This document shows positions 1 to 10,500 of a DNA stretch of 64,000 nt, one piece after another. The position numbers were made by a program, and so were the translations under genes. Origin of the DNA: a virus; the IMG/VR virus record IMGVR_UViG_3300045988_124546; one strand, written 5' to 3'. The number at the start of each line of letters is the position of its first letter. The stretch's first letter is position 1. Under the pieces are notes generated by a model, which saw only the letters and a program-made list of their open reading frames with translations, did not search any database and was not told where the DNA came from.

Positions 1-127
1 TGTTTAACAGAACAGACCTACGTACTTCCACTGTCCTGACAGGCATGGACGCCCGTCTCGCCTACCAGCCTGCCTAATTCTCCACTGGCTACCTAATATA
101 ATTATTAACGTCACTCCATCACCTATC

Positions 128-303
128 TCCCTTCAGTCGATAGGTTCAGTCGTTTTTAAATATTATAAATTTTTTCGCATCGTTCCCTTCGGTCACGATA
201 CTCAATCTTTTAACACAATTAGGCAAACAATACAATAGACGAAAAAAGTAATTTGTCAATCCGTTCACTCACTTAACTCCCTTCGGTCGTTAAGTTCATT
301 CAC
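128..303. repeat. Three direct copies of a 12-nt motif TCCCTTCRGTCR (128-139, 184-195, 278-289) with associated GTTCA half-sites, in the 607-nt non-coding leader
   Basis: Read directly: tcccttcagtcg / tcccttcggtca / tcccttcggtcg. GTTCA recurs at 155-159, 264-268 and 294-298. No ORF of 60 aa or more in 1-607. Confidence 0.5.
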
Positions 304-518
304 TGCAAACAATTATATGAATAAATGGTAAAGTATATAAAATAATATAAATAATATAATGAGTAAGATCATTAAAAATGGTCTTAATATTAAGGAAAAC
401 GGAGACTATTTATAGGCGTAGTTTTAATTCAAGATTTGTTGTCCCACTCCTGACGGTCAGACGGTTACGTTCAGGGTCATTTTCCCGTCTCTTATCCAAA
501 CCGTCATAAAATAAAAAA

Positions 519-573
519 CCTTGTATCCTATTTCTCTCAAACCGGATACAAGGCAGTGCATTTTCTTCTTTTT
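519..573 (+). terminator. Hairpin with 10-bp perfect stem (ccttgtatcc / ggatacaagg) and 15-nt loop, followed by a T-rich tract; terminator-like
   Basis: Inverted repeat at 519-528 / 544-553. T-rich run 561-573 lies downstream but is not immediately adjacent. Confidence 0.35.
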
Positions 574-584
574 ATGTAAAATCA

Positions 585-592
585 TATATTTG
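585..592 (+). promoter_or_regulatory. Bacteroidetes-type -7 promoter box TATATTTG (TAnnTTTG), 16 nt upstream of ATG at 608
   Basis: Exact match to the TAnnTTTG consensus used by Bacteroidetes sigma-A and by crAss-like phages. Confidence 0.4.
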
Positions 593-607
593 CACTAAAC
601 AACAAAT

Positions 608-1627
608 ATGGAGACAAAAATAACTGAAATAATGAATCCTCACAAGTTACACGACAAGCTCTTTAAGAAAGAGCAGGTCTCTCCGATAGAAGTTATATAC
701 AATAGCTTCAGCAACTTAGGGTACAATGTAGTACGCCGTCCAGCCGGTCAGTGTTTAGGCAATTTGAGATATTTTAATCTATTTTATGACAAACATACTC
801 ATCATTTCTATCAGAAAGACAGGAAGTTGAGATATTGTAGCAACTTTCTCATATCTGATTACTGGAAAGATAGAGTGCGATGTTTCATAGTTTGGAACTT
901 TGGATTTGGGAGATTCTTTCCATATAATGACTTTATTGAAGCTATGGTTTATGACTATCTTCGATATGGGAGAAAGTCAGTTCCTTATCTTAAAAGCGTG
1001 CAAGAAGCTGAAGAAAAGTGTGTAATGTTCTATATCCGGTCTCAGATAGATATGCTCCGTAAGGAAGGATATGCCGCATACCGGGCTAAGTTTAAGGAAG
1101 AACGTCCTCAGTATTTCATCGGAGACGATAGGACGGTGTTTAGGTGCCTTGACAGCTCTTTGAAAAGAGAAGAGAAGATTGCTGCATGTGTAGCCCACAA
1201 AAGGGCTTTAAAAGAAGGGATAATGACTTCCTTCATCAATCATATCAAGAAACATCCTACCACTTTATATTCGTGGTTTTCATCAGAGGTAGATAGCGAA
1301 GGAAAGAATAGGATATGTCTATCTGATAAGGCTGTTTCGTATTTGAATAAGAGACTGGCTCGCAATGGATTAAAGGTTCTTTCGGCATCATATCTTTTTA
1401 GAACGTTTAGAAAAATGGTGAAGACTTTGTTCGGTTTCAATGTCAGGTCGTTCTTGAATAGCTGTCTGATGTCTGTTTCAACAGAAGAGGTTTTAACCAA
1501 ATCTATGAAGAAAATAGTTTCCAAGATGGTGCTGTTTTTGTACAAGAGAGCGCTTAAGAACTATCGCCGGGCATGCGGTCTTAAGTACGACCCTGATTCG
1601 GGTGGTTTGTCTGTCGTACATGATTGA
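608..1627 (+). CDS. Hypothetical protein (339 aa), first gene of the plus-strand block
   Basis: Long ORF preceded by -7 box. No recognisable motif. Confidence 0.7.
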   Translation: METKITEIMNPHKLHDKLFKKEQVSPIEVIYNSFSNLGYNVVRRPAGQCLGNLRYFNLFYDKHTHHFYQKDRKLRYCSNFLISDYWKDRVRCFIVWNFGFGRFFPYNDFIEAMVYDYLRYGRKSVPYLKSVQEAEEKCVMFYIRSQIDMLRKEGYAAYRAKFKEERPQYFIGDDRTVFRCLDSSLKREEKIAACVAHKRALKEGIMTSFINHIKKHPTTLYSWFSSEVDSEGKNRICLSDKAVSYLNKRLARNGLKVLSASYLFRTFRKMVKTLFGFNVRSFLNSCLMSVSTEEVLTKSMKKIVSKMVLFLYKRALKNYRRACGLKYDPDSGGLSVVHD

Positions 1628-1673
1628 TTTTTAAACGTATCCCATAACGTTGGATTTTCTCGTTCGTTTCTCT

Positions 1674-1681
1674 TATCTTTG
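1674..1681 (+). promoter_or_regulatory. -7 promoter box TATCTTTG, 15 nt upstream of ATG at 1696
   Basis: Match to TAnnTTTG. Confidence 0.35.
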
Positions 1682-4488
1682 TGAAAAAAGATAGTATGAA
1701 ATTACGAATCATAAAAAATCGTCCGGTATTCGCTCCTGGTGGTAGTGTTCAGGATGTTACACAACAGGCTGATACGACATCTAATCCATATATTGATATG
1801 GACATGTCTAATGTTCCTGGTATGAGTGAGATAAATTCGGAAATAGATACGATGGAGGCAGGATTTGACAATATTATAGGTCCTGACTATTCTACTATAA
1901 AAATGCAAGAACCTTCTATTCCGACTATGAATGTAAGTAATAACAATACGTTCGATCCCAAGTCTATGTCCAAAGGAACTATTGTTAGTGTTGATAAAGA
2001 AGAAAATCAATCAAATGAAAAGCGATCACAAGACGGGAACCCTCTGGATCCTATGACTGCTCCTTATTATTCTCCTGATCTTGGAGGTCGAGCTCAAATG
2101 TTCGGTACAAGTCTTGGCCGGATAAGAGCCGGTAATAAGGTAGGTGCTAATGTGGCTCAAGCTGCCTTGTCTGGTGTTAGTTTAGGATTAGGTCTTACCC
2201 GTAATATCATGGGAGCTTCATCTGCTGCGTATGCAGCCAGCAGAGACGAGCAGGCAGCGAGGGAAAAGCTCGAAAAAGAGCGCCGGCAGCAGTTTATCCG
2301 ATGGGAACGTGAAGGCGGTGGTGTTAACCTCGGAAATGGACAGAGAATAGATTCTTCCGATTTGACAGGAGAATACATTTACCCTCTTCCTAAATCTATG
2401 GAGGATAATGCTAATGTTGAGATAGAAAAAGGAGAATACGTTTTGACTCCGGATGACGTTGGTCCTATGGAGTCAAAAGGTGACAGGCATGAAGACGGCG
2501 GCACTCCCGTTGATTTGCCAGAAGCTCATATTATTTCAGATTACCGTACTATCGATGATGATTTCGCTTCTTACGTAAGGGAAAATTATGGCATTAGAGC
2601 TACGGAAAAAGATACGTATGCTACGCTTCTTGATAGGTATAAGAAAAAAATAGGATTGTCCGAAAAGTATGATGATCAGGAACGTGTTTTCAAGAGGTTA
2701 GAAAAGAATAAGGATGTTAAGGATAAAAACACTTCTGAGTTGAATAAGTCTATTCTTTCCAAGTACGTAAATGATAATCAAAAGGAAATAGACGAACTTG
2801 AGGTGCAATTCAGGTCTTTTGCTGATATTGTCTATAACAAACAAGAGGAATCCAAGCGCCAAGAAAAGATAGATGCTTTCTTTAGAGATGGCGGAAAAGT
2901 TGATTTAAATGCCGTGAGAAAACAGGCTAAGGCTCTTAATGTATCTGAATCTGATGCTAAAAATTGGATATACGATGAGTATGTAAAGAGAGTTAGGAAA
3001 ATGGCTGAAGGCGGTCCTACCAAAGAACAAATAGAGTGGGGTAAGAAAGTACAGCAGCTTTTAATGAAGCAGTTTGGACGTGCTCTTAATATGTCTATAG
3101 TAGATGTTGCGGACAGAGAGCAGATTCTTAATCCTGATTCTGGTGTAAATTCTAATCAAAATCTGCAACACAGAAGCAGTTCCGGTTATGGTAGGGTAAA
3201 CAACAAGGCTATTTCTAATTTGCTTGATATTAACCGTTGGGCTAATAAATACAATACGGATGGTGATTTTAATACAGAAGGATTCCAGACTGGATACAAT
3301 AGCCAACTAAATAACCTATGGGCTTTGGCGGAATCAGGTGCTATAGCCAATGCCGAAAAAGCCAAGAAATTTAGAGACGAATACGGATTTTGGGGAGAAG
3401 ATGCCGGTAAGTACGACCAAGGAAGTAAATCGGCATATAACTCATTTGCCGTAGATGACAAATTTGGACAAACTACGGCAACCAGATCATTTTATGGATT
3501 GGATGTAGTTACTCCTGAACAAAAGAGATTGTTGAACGAAAAAGGGATAAAGAATTATGTTGACTTATTTGGTGATAAATCTGATGCAGCTAAGAAGATT
3601 CTGGGTGCCGATTATAATAAGTTTGCTGCTTTAAAAGATAGCGGTTTGATGTCAGAAACAGACTTTGTTTTAGAAGCCGTAAATCCGGCATCAAAACCTA
3701 TAGAAGCTGAACCTGTAGGAACCGGCGCTAAATCTCCCAACCCGGGCTCTCCAGGCAGGATAGAAGTGAAGAAAGAAAATCCTGTTGTTAATACTACTGT
3801 AGAAACGGAAGCTGAGGAAGAAGATGATACAAACGGAAGAAAAGGTGTCAATCCTGTTTTATCAGGCCCTATATTCCCTGAGATGTTGAGGATGCTTGAT
3901 ACCGGATTAGAGATAGAGGGATTGGAAAGGCATCAGGCTCCGAGAATAGACCCGGTTCTGCAATCTGCTGATCAGTATATCAACGAGCTCAACCGCGCGA
4001 CATCGGCTCAGTTGGACGCAGTAGGTGACGTGCCCGACTCCCAGCGCTCCGCTATTCTGGCTAATATGAACGCCATAGCTGGAAGCAATATAGCTAAGTA
4101 CGTTAATGAAGTAAATTTCAATAACGCAAGGCAAATAAACGAAGCTGATAGATTCAATGAAATGGCTTATGTTCAGACAGACGATAAGAACATAGCGGAA
4201 AGGCAACGTTATGAATCTGGGTTATTGAAGGCTATGGCTATAAGGGATGAAAATCTTGCTCGTTATTATGATAGCATAAACAGCGAAATACAGAATAAGT
4301 TCAATGTTCGTACATCGTTGAATACCATAGCTTCCATAGCTCCGAATATGAGAATGCTTCCAAGTGGCCAAATTATTTACGTTCAAGGTAATCAGGATGT
4401 GATGAATATGGGTGATTATTCTACACCTTACTTGAGAAGTTTAAATGAAGAAGATGACGAAAATAAAAGAAGAAGGAGGACCAAATAG
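1681..4488 (+). CDS. Large virion/cargo-type protein (935 aa by ORF track; probable true start ATG 1696), Gly-rich N-terminal region
   Basis: Long ORF. Track start at 1681 is GTG; first ATG is at 1696 (MKLRIIKN). Stop TAG overlaps the next start (TAGTG). Confidence 0.8.
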   Translation: MKKDSMKLRIIKNRPVFAPGGSVQDVTQQADTTSNPYIDMDMSNVPGMSEINSEIDTMEAGFDNIIGPDYSTIKMQEPSIPTMNVSNNNTFDPKSMSKGTIVSVDKEENQSNEKRSQDGNPLDPMTAPYYSPDLGGRAQMFGTSLGRIRAGNKVGANVAQAALSGVSLGLGLTRNIMGASSAAYAASRDEQAAREKLEKERRQQFIRWEREGGGVNLGNGQRIDSSDLTGEYIYPLPKSMEDNANVEIEKGEYVLTPDDVGPMESKGDRHEDGGTPVDLPEAHIISDYRTIDDDFASYVRENYGIRATEKDTYATLLDRYKKKIGLSEKYDDQERVFKRLEKNKDVKDKNTSELNKSILSKYVNDNQKEIDELEVQFRSFADIVYNKQEESKRQEKIDAFFRDGGKVDLNAVRKQAKALNVSESDAKNWIYDEYVKRVRKMAEGGPTKEQIEWGKKVQQLLMKQFGRALNMSIVDVADREQILNPDSGVNSNQNLQHRSSSGYGRVNNKAISNLLDINRWANKYNTDGDFNTEGFQTGYNSQLNNLWALAESGAIANAEKAKKFRDEYGFWGEDAGKYDQGSKSAYNSFAVDDKFGQTTATRSFYGLDVVTPEQKRLLNEKGIKNYVDLFGDKSDAAKKILGADYNKFAALKDSGLMSETDFVLEAVNPASKPIEAEPVGTGAKSPNPGSPGRIEVKKENPVVNTTVETEAEEEDDTNGRKGVNPVLSGPIFPEMLRMLDTGLEIEGLERHQAPRIDPVLQSADQYINELNRATSAQLDAVGDVPDSQRSAILANMNAIAGSNIAKYVNEVNFNNARQINEADRFNEMAYVQTDDKNIAERQRYESGLLKAMAIRDENLARYYDSINSEIQNKFNVRTSLNTIASIAPNMRMLPSGQIIYVQGNQDVMNMGDYSTPYLRSLNEEDDENKRRRRTK

Positions 4489-7400
4489 TGGCTTCACAGT
4501 ATAGTATTTTAAGGCAATATGCCCCGTATGTTAGTCCTTACAACATAGATCTTGTTAAGGACGTCATGATGTACAAACAGCAGAAGGTTGATGCTGCTCG
4601 TGAAAAGATCTATACCCAGGTAGATTATCTTATGGGTCAAGAGATAGATAAGCCTGAAGCCCGCGCTTATATGGAGGATAAGATGTCAGGCGTGATTGCT
4701 AACATCAATCAAAAATTCAAAGGCGTGGATCTTTCTTCTGATGGTGTTACAAGAGCCATACAAGGAGAGATCAGTTCGGTGTTAGATGATACGGTCATTA
4801 ACGCGATTGCCGGCACAAAAGAAGGCAAGAGGGTTATGAAGGAAATAGAATCTATAAAACAGAATCATCCTGAACTTTATTCTCCTATTAATGAATGGCA
4901 TGCTTTGGACCCTTATTACAAATGGAGGTCAGATGGTAAAGCAGGATCAAGGTTGGGAGGTCTTCATTATTCTCCTTATGTCGATTATACTAAGGAGATA
5001 AATAAGCTGGTCAGTGATTTTAGGAAAAACAACGAAGGCAAGAAGATTCAGACAACAGAATATGATGTTAAAGGTAATCCTACTGGTGGAATCATAGAAG
5101 TCAACGTAGATGAGCTTACTGATTCCCAGATAAGGAATTTTGTGTCTGCTAACTTATCTGAAAACATGAGGAATCAGATGAGAATAGAAGCATCATACAT
5201 GGCAGCTACCAATCCGGTGTTCAGTAATCCGGATTTGGTTAGTCAATACATTGGGTCTTATGTCGAAAGATACGATAGGCACATAGGAGCATTGGAAGCA
5301 AAAAAGAAATCAGTAGGGGATAATAAGGATATTATTGATCGTATTGACAGTCAGATACAGGAAGCTAAAAATCAGAAAGCAGAAGCCAAGAGGGAGGCAG
5401 ATATGATAATAGCTTCATCAGATCCGGTAGCGGCTGCTAATTTTGTTGTTACCAATAATCTTTTCGATAAGATGACTGATGCATGGAGATACGACAATAC
5501 AAGTTTTGAAAGGAAGAAAGATGATCTTTATTTTGCAAGGTTGGCAGAGGATAGGGCTCAGCAAAAGTTTTTGACTGACAATGCCAAGTCTATGGTTGAA
5601 ATATCATTGGCGAATGAGCAGCTTGCTCAGGCTAAGATTGAAACCGAATACATGCGTACTTACGGTTCCAAGATGGGCACTGAAAGCTCATCCGGAGGCA
5701 CAAGAGGAACAGGCGGTGTAGGAGTGCCGATGGCTCCTATGGACGGGCCTACGGCTATCAATTCTGGAACGGGTAAGATAGGATCTGTTAATTTGGCTAA
5801 TATCCCTTATGAACAACTCACATCTTCTTCCACAGAGCGTAGAGCAAATTTATTGAAACTATATAATTCATTATCTCCTACAGACAGAAGTAATATCGTT
5901 GAAGCATCATACGAAGAAGAAAAAACTGACCCAGGATTGTATGCTAATATGACTCCTGAAGAACGGATATATTCTTATTTAAAAAATAATGGAGGTCAGA
6001 AAAACGGATATTTCGGACAAGGAAATAACAGATTGTCTGAAGCTTATGATGCTTTACTTCTTTCTGATTCTAAGGCAAATGGAGCTGCAAAGGCTATAAA
6101 TAACATAACTGATTATCAAATCGATAACATAGTTACTGAAAAAAATAAGGATATTATCAGGAAAGTTCGTAATGCTAAGTTTATGAAAGGAAATTCTTTT
6201 ATAAATCTTACCGATACAGATGATAAGGCTGGAGCCTTCCTGCTCGCCACAGCCATAACAACTGGTGTATCTGATGCCGTAGGGTTCAGAGAATACATGA
6301 TGGACCCTTCAAGAGGAATAGATATTCTTAGTGCTATATCTCCGTCATTAGGAGCTAAGGCGAGTGCCGGCAAGTTGGGGAAAAACATATCTGATGCTAT
6401 TACAAGCGAGAATAATGGTTCTTCTACTGGTACATTGGCTCTTATTAATGGAATGAAGAAACTCAACGGCGATCCTGATTTTAATATATCAGATTATATG
6501 ACCATAGATAAGGATGGTGATATAGATTTAAAAGATTATCAGGAAGGTGAACCATTAACTATTACCCAGCTAAGATATGCTGAGAAAAACAGTAGAGTGT
6601 CTGATATGATAGCAGGTCAGATGCAGGATGAGATAAAAATGTCTGTATCTCCTGATCAGATTTCTGATAAGTTATCTCAGTATCATTACCTTGATTCTTA
6701 CAAAAGATACAATTGGAATGCCGATTCACCGGAAAAGTCTTTGCAGAAGGCTCAGTTTAGAAGATTGTCTGGTTACATGGCAGGAAAGGTAAATAATCTG
6801 GATCCTACTGCTATTAATGCCATTAATATGGATGCCGAGATAGATAATGGCACTGTTAGAAGATTCTTGACTGCTCAAGTAGGTTCCGGTAAAAAGTCTT
6901 ATGTTACAGAAAGGGTTGAGATTACGAATGACGAGCTTCTTAAGGCGGGTATAGATCCTTCGGTCGAGGAGCGTAATTATCCGGTGGATGGTTACAAATC
7001 AAGTTTTGGAACCTGTGATTTTGTAGATACCGGAAAGAAGGAAGGTTATTCTTATGATAAGTATCTTATACGTAATGGTCTTCCCCGTTTGGCTTCTAAG
7101 GCTGATGTTAAGAATGATCTTTATGATATAGTAAAGGTTCATGGTTCTTATCTTAAGCCTGAGGAAATGAATGTTGTTAAAACCCTTGTTGATAATTTCA
7201 TTGATATGTCTGACAACATATCAGTTCAGTTGGAAGGAATGGATGACAGGGGTTCGAGAGAGGTAGCGGTCAATTTCTATGATAAAAGGACTAAAAATTC
7301 TAAAAATCCTGCATTGTTGTTCTCGGATTTTGTTCCTTTGGATCCGGGTAATGATGAGTATGCGGATTACTGGAATAACATTCACCAGAAGTGTCCTCAG

Positions 7401-7547
7401 TACTTCTTTGTAAAATACGTGAAGGAGGCTGTTCAAGAGCGTCTTGATCAGATGAGAGATCCGTATATGAGAGGAATAAATATCATGCCTAACATGAATG
7501 ACAAGTTTAGTAAGTTGAACGATTTTTTGCAAAAAATTTATGGCTGA
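4488..7547 (+). CDS. Large virion/cargo-type protein (1019 aa), GTG start overlapping upstream stop
   Basis: Long ORF, translationally coupled on both sides (TAGTG at 4486-4490; ATGGCTGA at 7540-7547). Confidence 0.8.
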   Translation: MASQYSILRQYAPYVSPYNIDLVKDVMMYKQQKVDAAREKIYTQVDYLMGQEIDKPEARAYMEDKMSGVIANINQKFKGVDLSSDGVTRAIQGEISSVLDDTVINAIAGTKEGKRVMKEIESIKQNHPELYSPINEWHALDPYYKWRSDGKAGSRLGGLHYSPYVDYTKEINKLVSDFRKNNEGKKIQTTEYDVKGNPTGGIIEVNVDELTDSQIRNFVSANLSENMRNQMRIEASYMAATNPVFSNPDLVSQYIGSYVERYDRHIGALEAKKKSVGDNKDIIDRIDSQIQEAKNQKAEAKREADMIIASSDPVAAANFVVTNNLFDKMTDAWRYDNTSFERKKDDLYFARLAEDRAQQKFLTDNAKSMVEISLANEQLAQAKIETEYMRTYGSKMGTESSSGGTRGTGGVGVPMAPMDGPTAINSGTGKIGSVNLANIPYEQLTSSSTERRANLLKLYNSLSPTDRSNIVEASYEEEKTDPGLYANMTPEERIYSYLKNNGGQKNGYFGQGNNRLSEAYDALLLSDSKANGAAKAINNITDYQIDNIVTEKNKDIIRKVRNAKFMKGNSFINLTDTDDKAGAFLLATAITTGVSDAVGFREYMMDPSRGIDILSAISPSLGAKASAGKLGKNISDAITSENNGSSTGTLALINGMKKLNGDPDFNISDYMTIDKDGDIDLKDYQEGEPLTITQLRYAEKNSRVSDMIAGQMQDEIKMSVSPDQISDKLSQYHYLDSYKRYNWNADSPEKSLQKAQFRRLSGYMAGKVNNLDPTAINAINMDAEIDNGTVRRFLTAQVGSGKKSYVTERVEITNDELLKAGIDPSVEERNYPVDGYKSSFGTCDFVDTGKKEGYSYDKYLIRNGLPRLASKADVKNDLYDIVKVHGSYLKPEEMNVVKTLVDNFIDMSDNISVQLEGMDDRGSREVAVNFYDKRTKNSKNPALLFSDFVPLDPGNDEYADYWNNIHQKCPQYFFVKYVKEAVQERLDQMRDPYMRGINIMPNMNDKFSKLNDFLQKIYG

Positions 7548-10500
7548 TAATAACATAGATAGATATAATCCTGCTGCTAAAACCACTTACGAAGATGTGG
7601 CAAGGCAAAGGAAATTAGCTGAAGAAGAAAATTACACTCCGGCTACATTACCAGAGACGACAACGCCTCTGGTTCCTAATTATATGCCTGGTGAAGGTGT
7701 GTATGCCCAACCTAAATTTCCAGATTATGCATCAAGGATAGCTGCTGCCGAATACGAAGAGCCGTATATAGCCAAGGAAATAAGCAATAGCTACTCGGAG
7801 GCACTGGCCCGTAACAGCTACAGGGGGGCTACACCTGCACCGCCTCCTCTTAATCCTTATGGACCAAAGGTAAGTATCCGTGAAAGTCATCAGATGGGTA
7901 ATGATGGGGTATGGCGTACAAAATATCCCAACTATATTCCGGGTATAAATAATGAGGATTATTATGCCAGAAGACAGAGCGGATGGAGTAAGTTTTGGAA
8001 TGGTGTAGGCAAATTCGCTTTAAAGTCCGCATTGTACGGTGCTCAAGGAGTTGTGTCATTGCCTGACAAACTTATCAATATGGCATCTGAGGGAAGTTAC
8101 AAAGCTGCGTTAAACACTAACATGGATAAGTTTGTAGGTGATCTTGACCAGCAAATAGACATGCTTCTTCCCCATTATTACAAGAAAGAGGTAGAAGATT
8201 ATAATTTTGGTCAGAAGCTTTTTAAGGATACCGGTAATTTCTTGTGGAATGACGTCCTTGGTAATGGTATGTCTTTTACCGTAGGAGCCATGATATCAGC
8301 GTACATGACCGGAGGACTTGGAGTTGGATCATTGGGTAATATAGGCGCTAAATTAGGTGGAAGAATCGGAGCTAAGTTAGCAGCAAGGCAAGCTGCCAAT
8401 AGGGGCATAGGAAGCCTTAAAAGCGTGTTTAACGACTATGTAAGAAAAGGAGTTGCTACCGGAAGAAATGTAGGGGAGGCGGCTAAGACCATGACGTTGT
8501 TGGCTACCAGTGCCGGATTCGAGTCATCGGTTGAAGCAAATTCTTTTATGAAGCAATCTGAGTCTGATTTCAAGGATTATTATCGTAAGATTTATGGTCG
8601 TGATCCCAATGCAGAGGAAATGGCTGTTTTTCGTAATTTTAATGCTGATGTAGGTAGTGCTATATTTGCCGCCAATATGGGTATAGTAGGATTATCTAAC
8701 TGGCTTCTTTTTGGTAAGTATATAGGGTTAGGAGGCAAGGCTATACCAGGGTTGGAAAAGAAGCTCAACAAGCATTTATTTGGATTAGGGACGGAAGTTG
8801 CGAAGCCGGGAGAGATGGCTATTAAAATAACCAATCCCAATATAGGACAAAAGATAGCAGGCAATGTTTTCAATATCATGAAAAGGCCGGTGTCCGAAGG
8901 CTTATGGGAAGAAGGATCTCAAGGTGCTGTTCAGAATACGGCTGAGGAATATGTTAAGTCAAGATATGATAATGTAGCCATGAACGGAGCCGTTGATGTT
9001 CTTGATGCTATTTCTGAAGGATTTAAAAAGCAATATACGTCTAAAGAAGGATGGACTGAAATAGGAATCGGTGCTATTATCGGTTCTTTGTTTGGTATGA
9101 GGGAAGGCTTCTTTGGGGTTAAAGAGTATAGCAATAGTCAGATCTTGCTGGAAAGGCAAGTGAATGAATACAACAAAGCATCTTCTAATCTTAACACGGC
9201 GGCTTTGAATACGTTGAAAAAATCAATGAGTTTAGGGCCTCAAGTTCGTTCCGATGCCCAGTCTATGACTGGCAAGGAGCTTGATGATGCTATGTTTGAA
9301 AAGATGTCTATTGACAACCAAATGGGAACCTTAGAGGATTCGGCTGAAAATTTTAGGCAGATGATTGATATGATGCCTATTTCGGAAATAGCCGAAGCTA
9401 ATGGAATGTCTTTGGAAGAGGCAAAGAAATACAAGGATTCTATTATTGATAATTATAACAATCGTCTTTCTGATTTCAGATCTGCCCAGAGTTTTGCCGA
9501 AGATCTTATAGGTGATGACTCTAAGATCGAATTTAGAAAATACGTAGCTCGTAATGCCTTCCTTGGCCTTCAATCAGAATCAAGGATGAAAGACATAGCT
9601 TCTGTCATAGAAACGCTTTCGGGGCAGCCTCGCGTGGCGGATGCTCTAAGTACGTTCTCCCGGCTGTCGGACAGGGCAAGGGAGCGGGCGATGGCTATCC
9701 GTGGCATACGGTCAAGAATAGAAGAACTTGAATCCGAAATAGAAGATCTTGCTACCCGCCCTCGCAACGTAGAAGGGAAAGATCCACAAGCTGAATCCAT
9801 ACAACGAAAAACCAAAGAATTGGAAAGCCTTAGAACCAATTACAATAATTCGTTGTCTGAGTTATCAACGTTAATAGGAAAAGAGTTTTCGATAGAAGAG
9901 CTGGTAAGTAAAACCGAATCTGTTTTATCATCTCCTCTTTCTCCCATAAGTTCACAAGATGTGATAGAAGCCTATGATACGCTTGTGGCTTTTGATGATT
10001 ATTTTAATGTAAAATCAAGACAGGAAAAGAAGTTTACAGCCAAAGACAAAGCCATGAGATCCTTGGTAAATGAATACCGAAGAAGTTTGATGGACTATAG
10101 GAATATGAATAACTTCTTGTCTAAGATGCTTGATAAAAGATTCTTAGCTGAGGAAAACAGGGGGTTTTCAAAAGCGCTGTCTTCTCTATGGTCTACTCCT
10201 TATAAAGGGGATGACAAGGTTCCTGATTTTGCAGAGTCTAATAAAGTTGGTGAATATGACACTGATGAGGTAGTAGATCAAGCTGTGTCAGAAGGTAAGA
10301 TTTCGGAAGACGAAGCTTGGACTATCAAGGCTTTTATGCATGCTCTTGATAAAGTAAGGGAAGATAGGATGAAGGAAGCAGAAGATGATATAAAAGAGTC
10401 ACCGCTTACGGAGTCTGTATCGGATGAAGATTATGAGGCTGCTATGGATAATCCTATTATGGTTCCGGCCGTAAGGCAGTCTATAATTGATAAACTATAT

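Noticed and set aside
150-165. tRNA-like T-loop sequence ggttcagtcg
   Set aside because: No acceptor/D/anticodon stems could be folded around it. It is part of the repeated GTTCA motif instead. No tRNA found in any intergenic region by eye.
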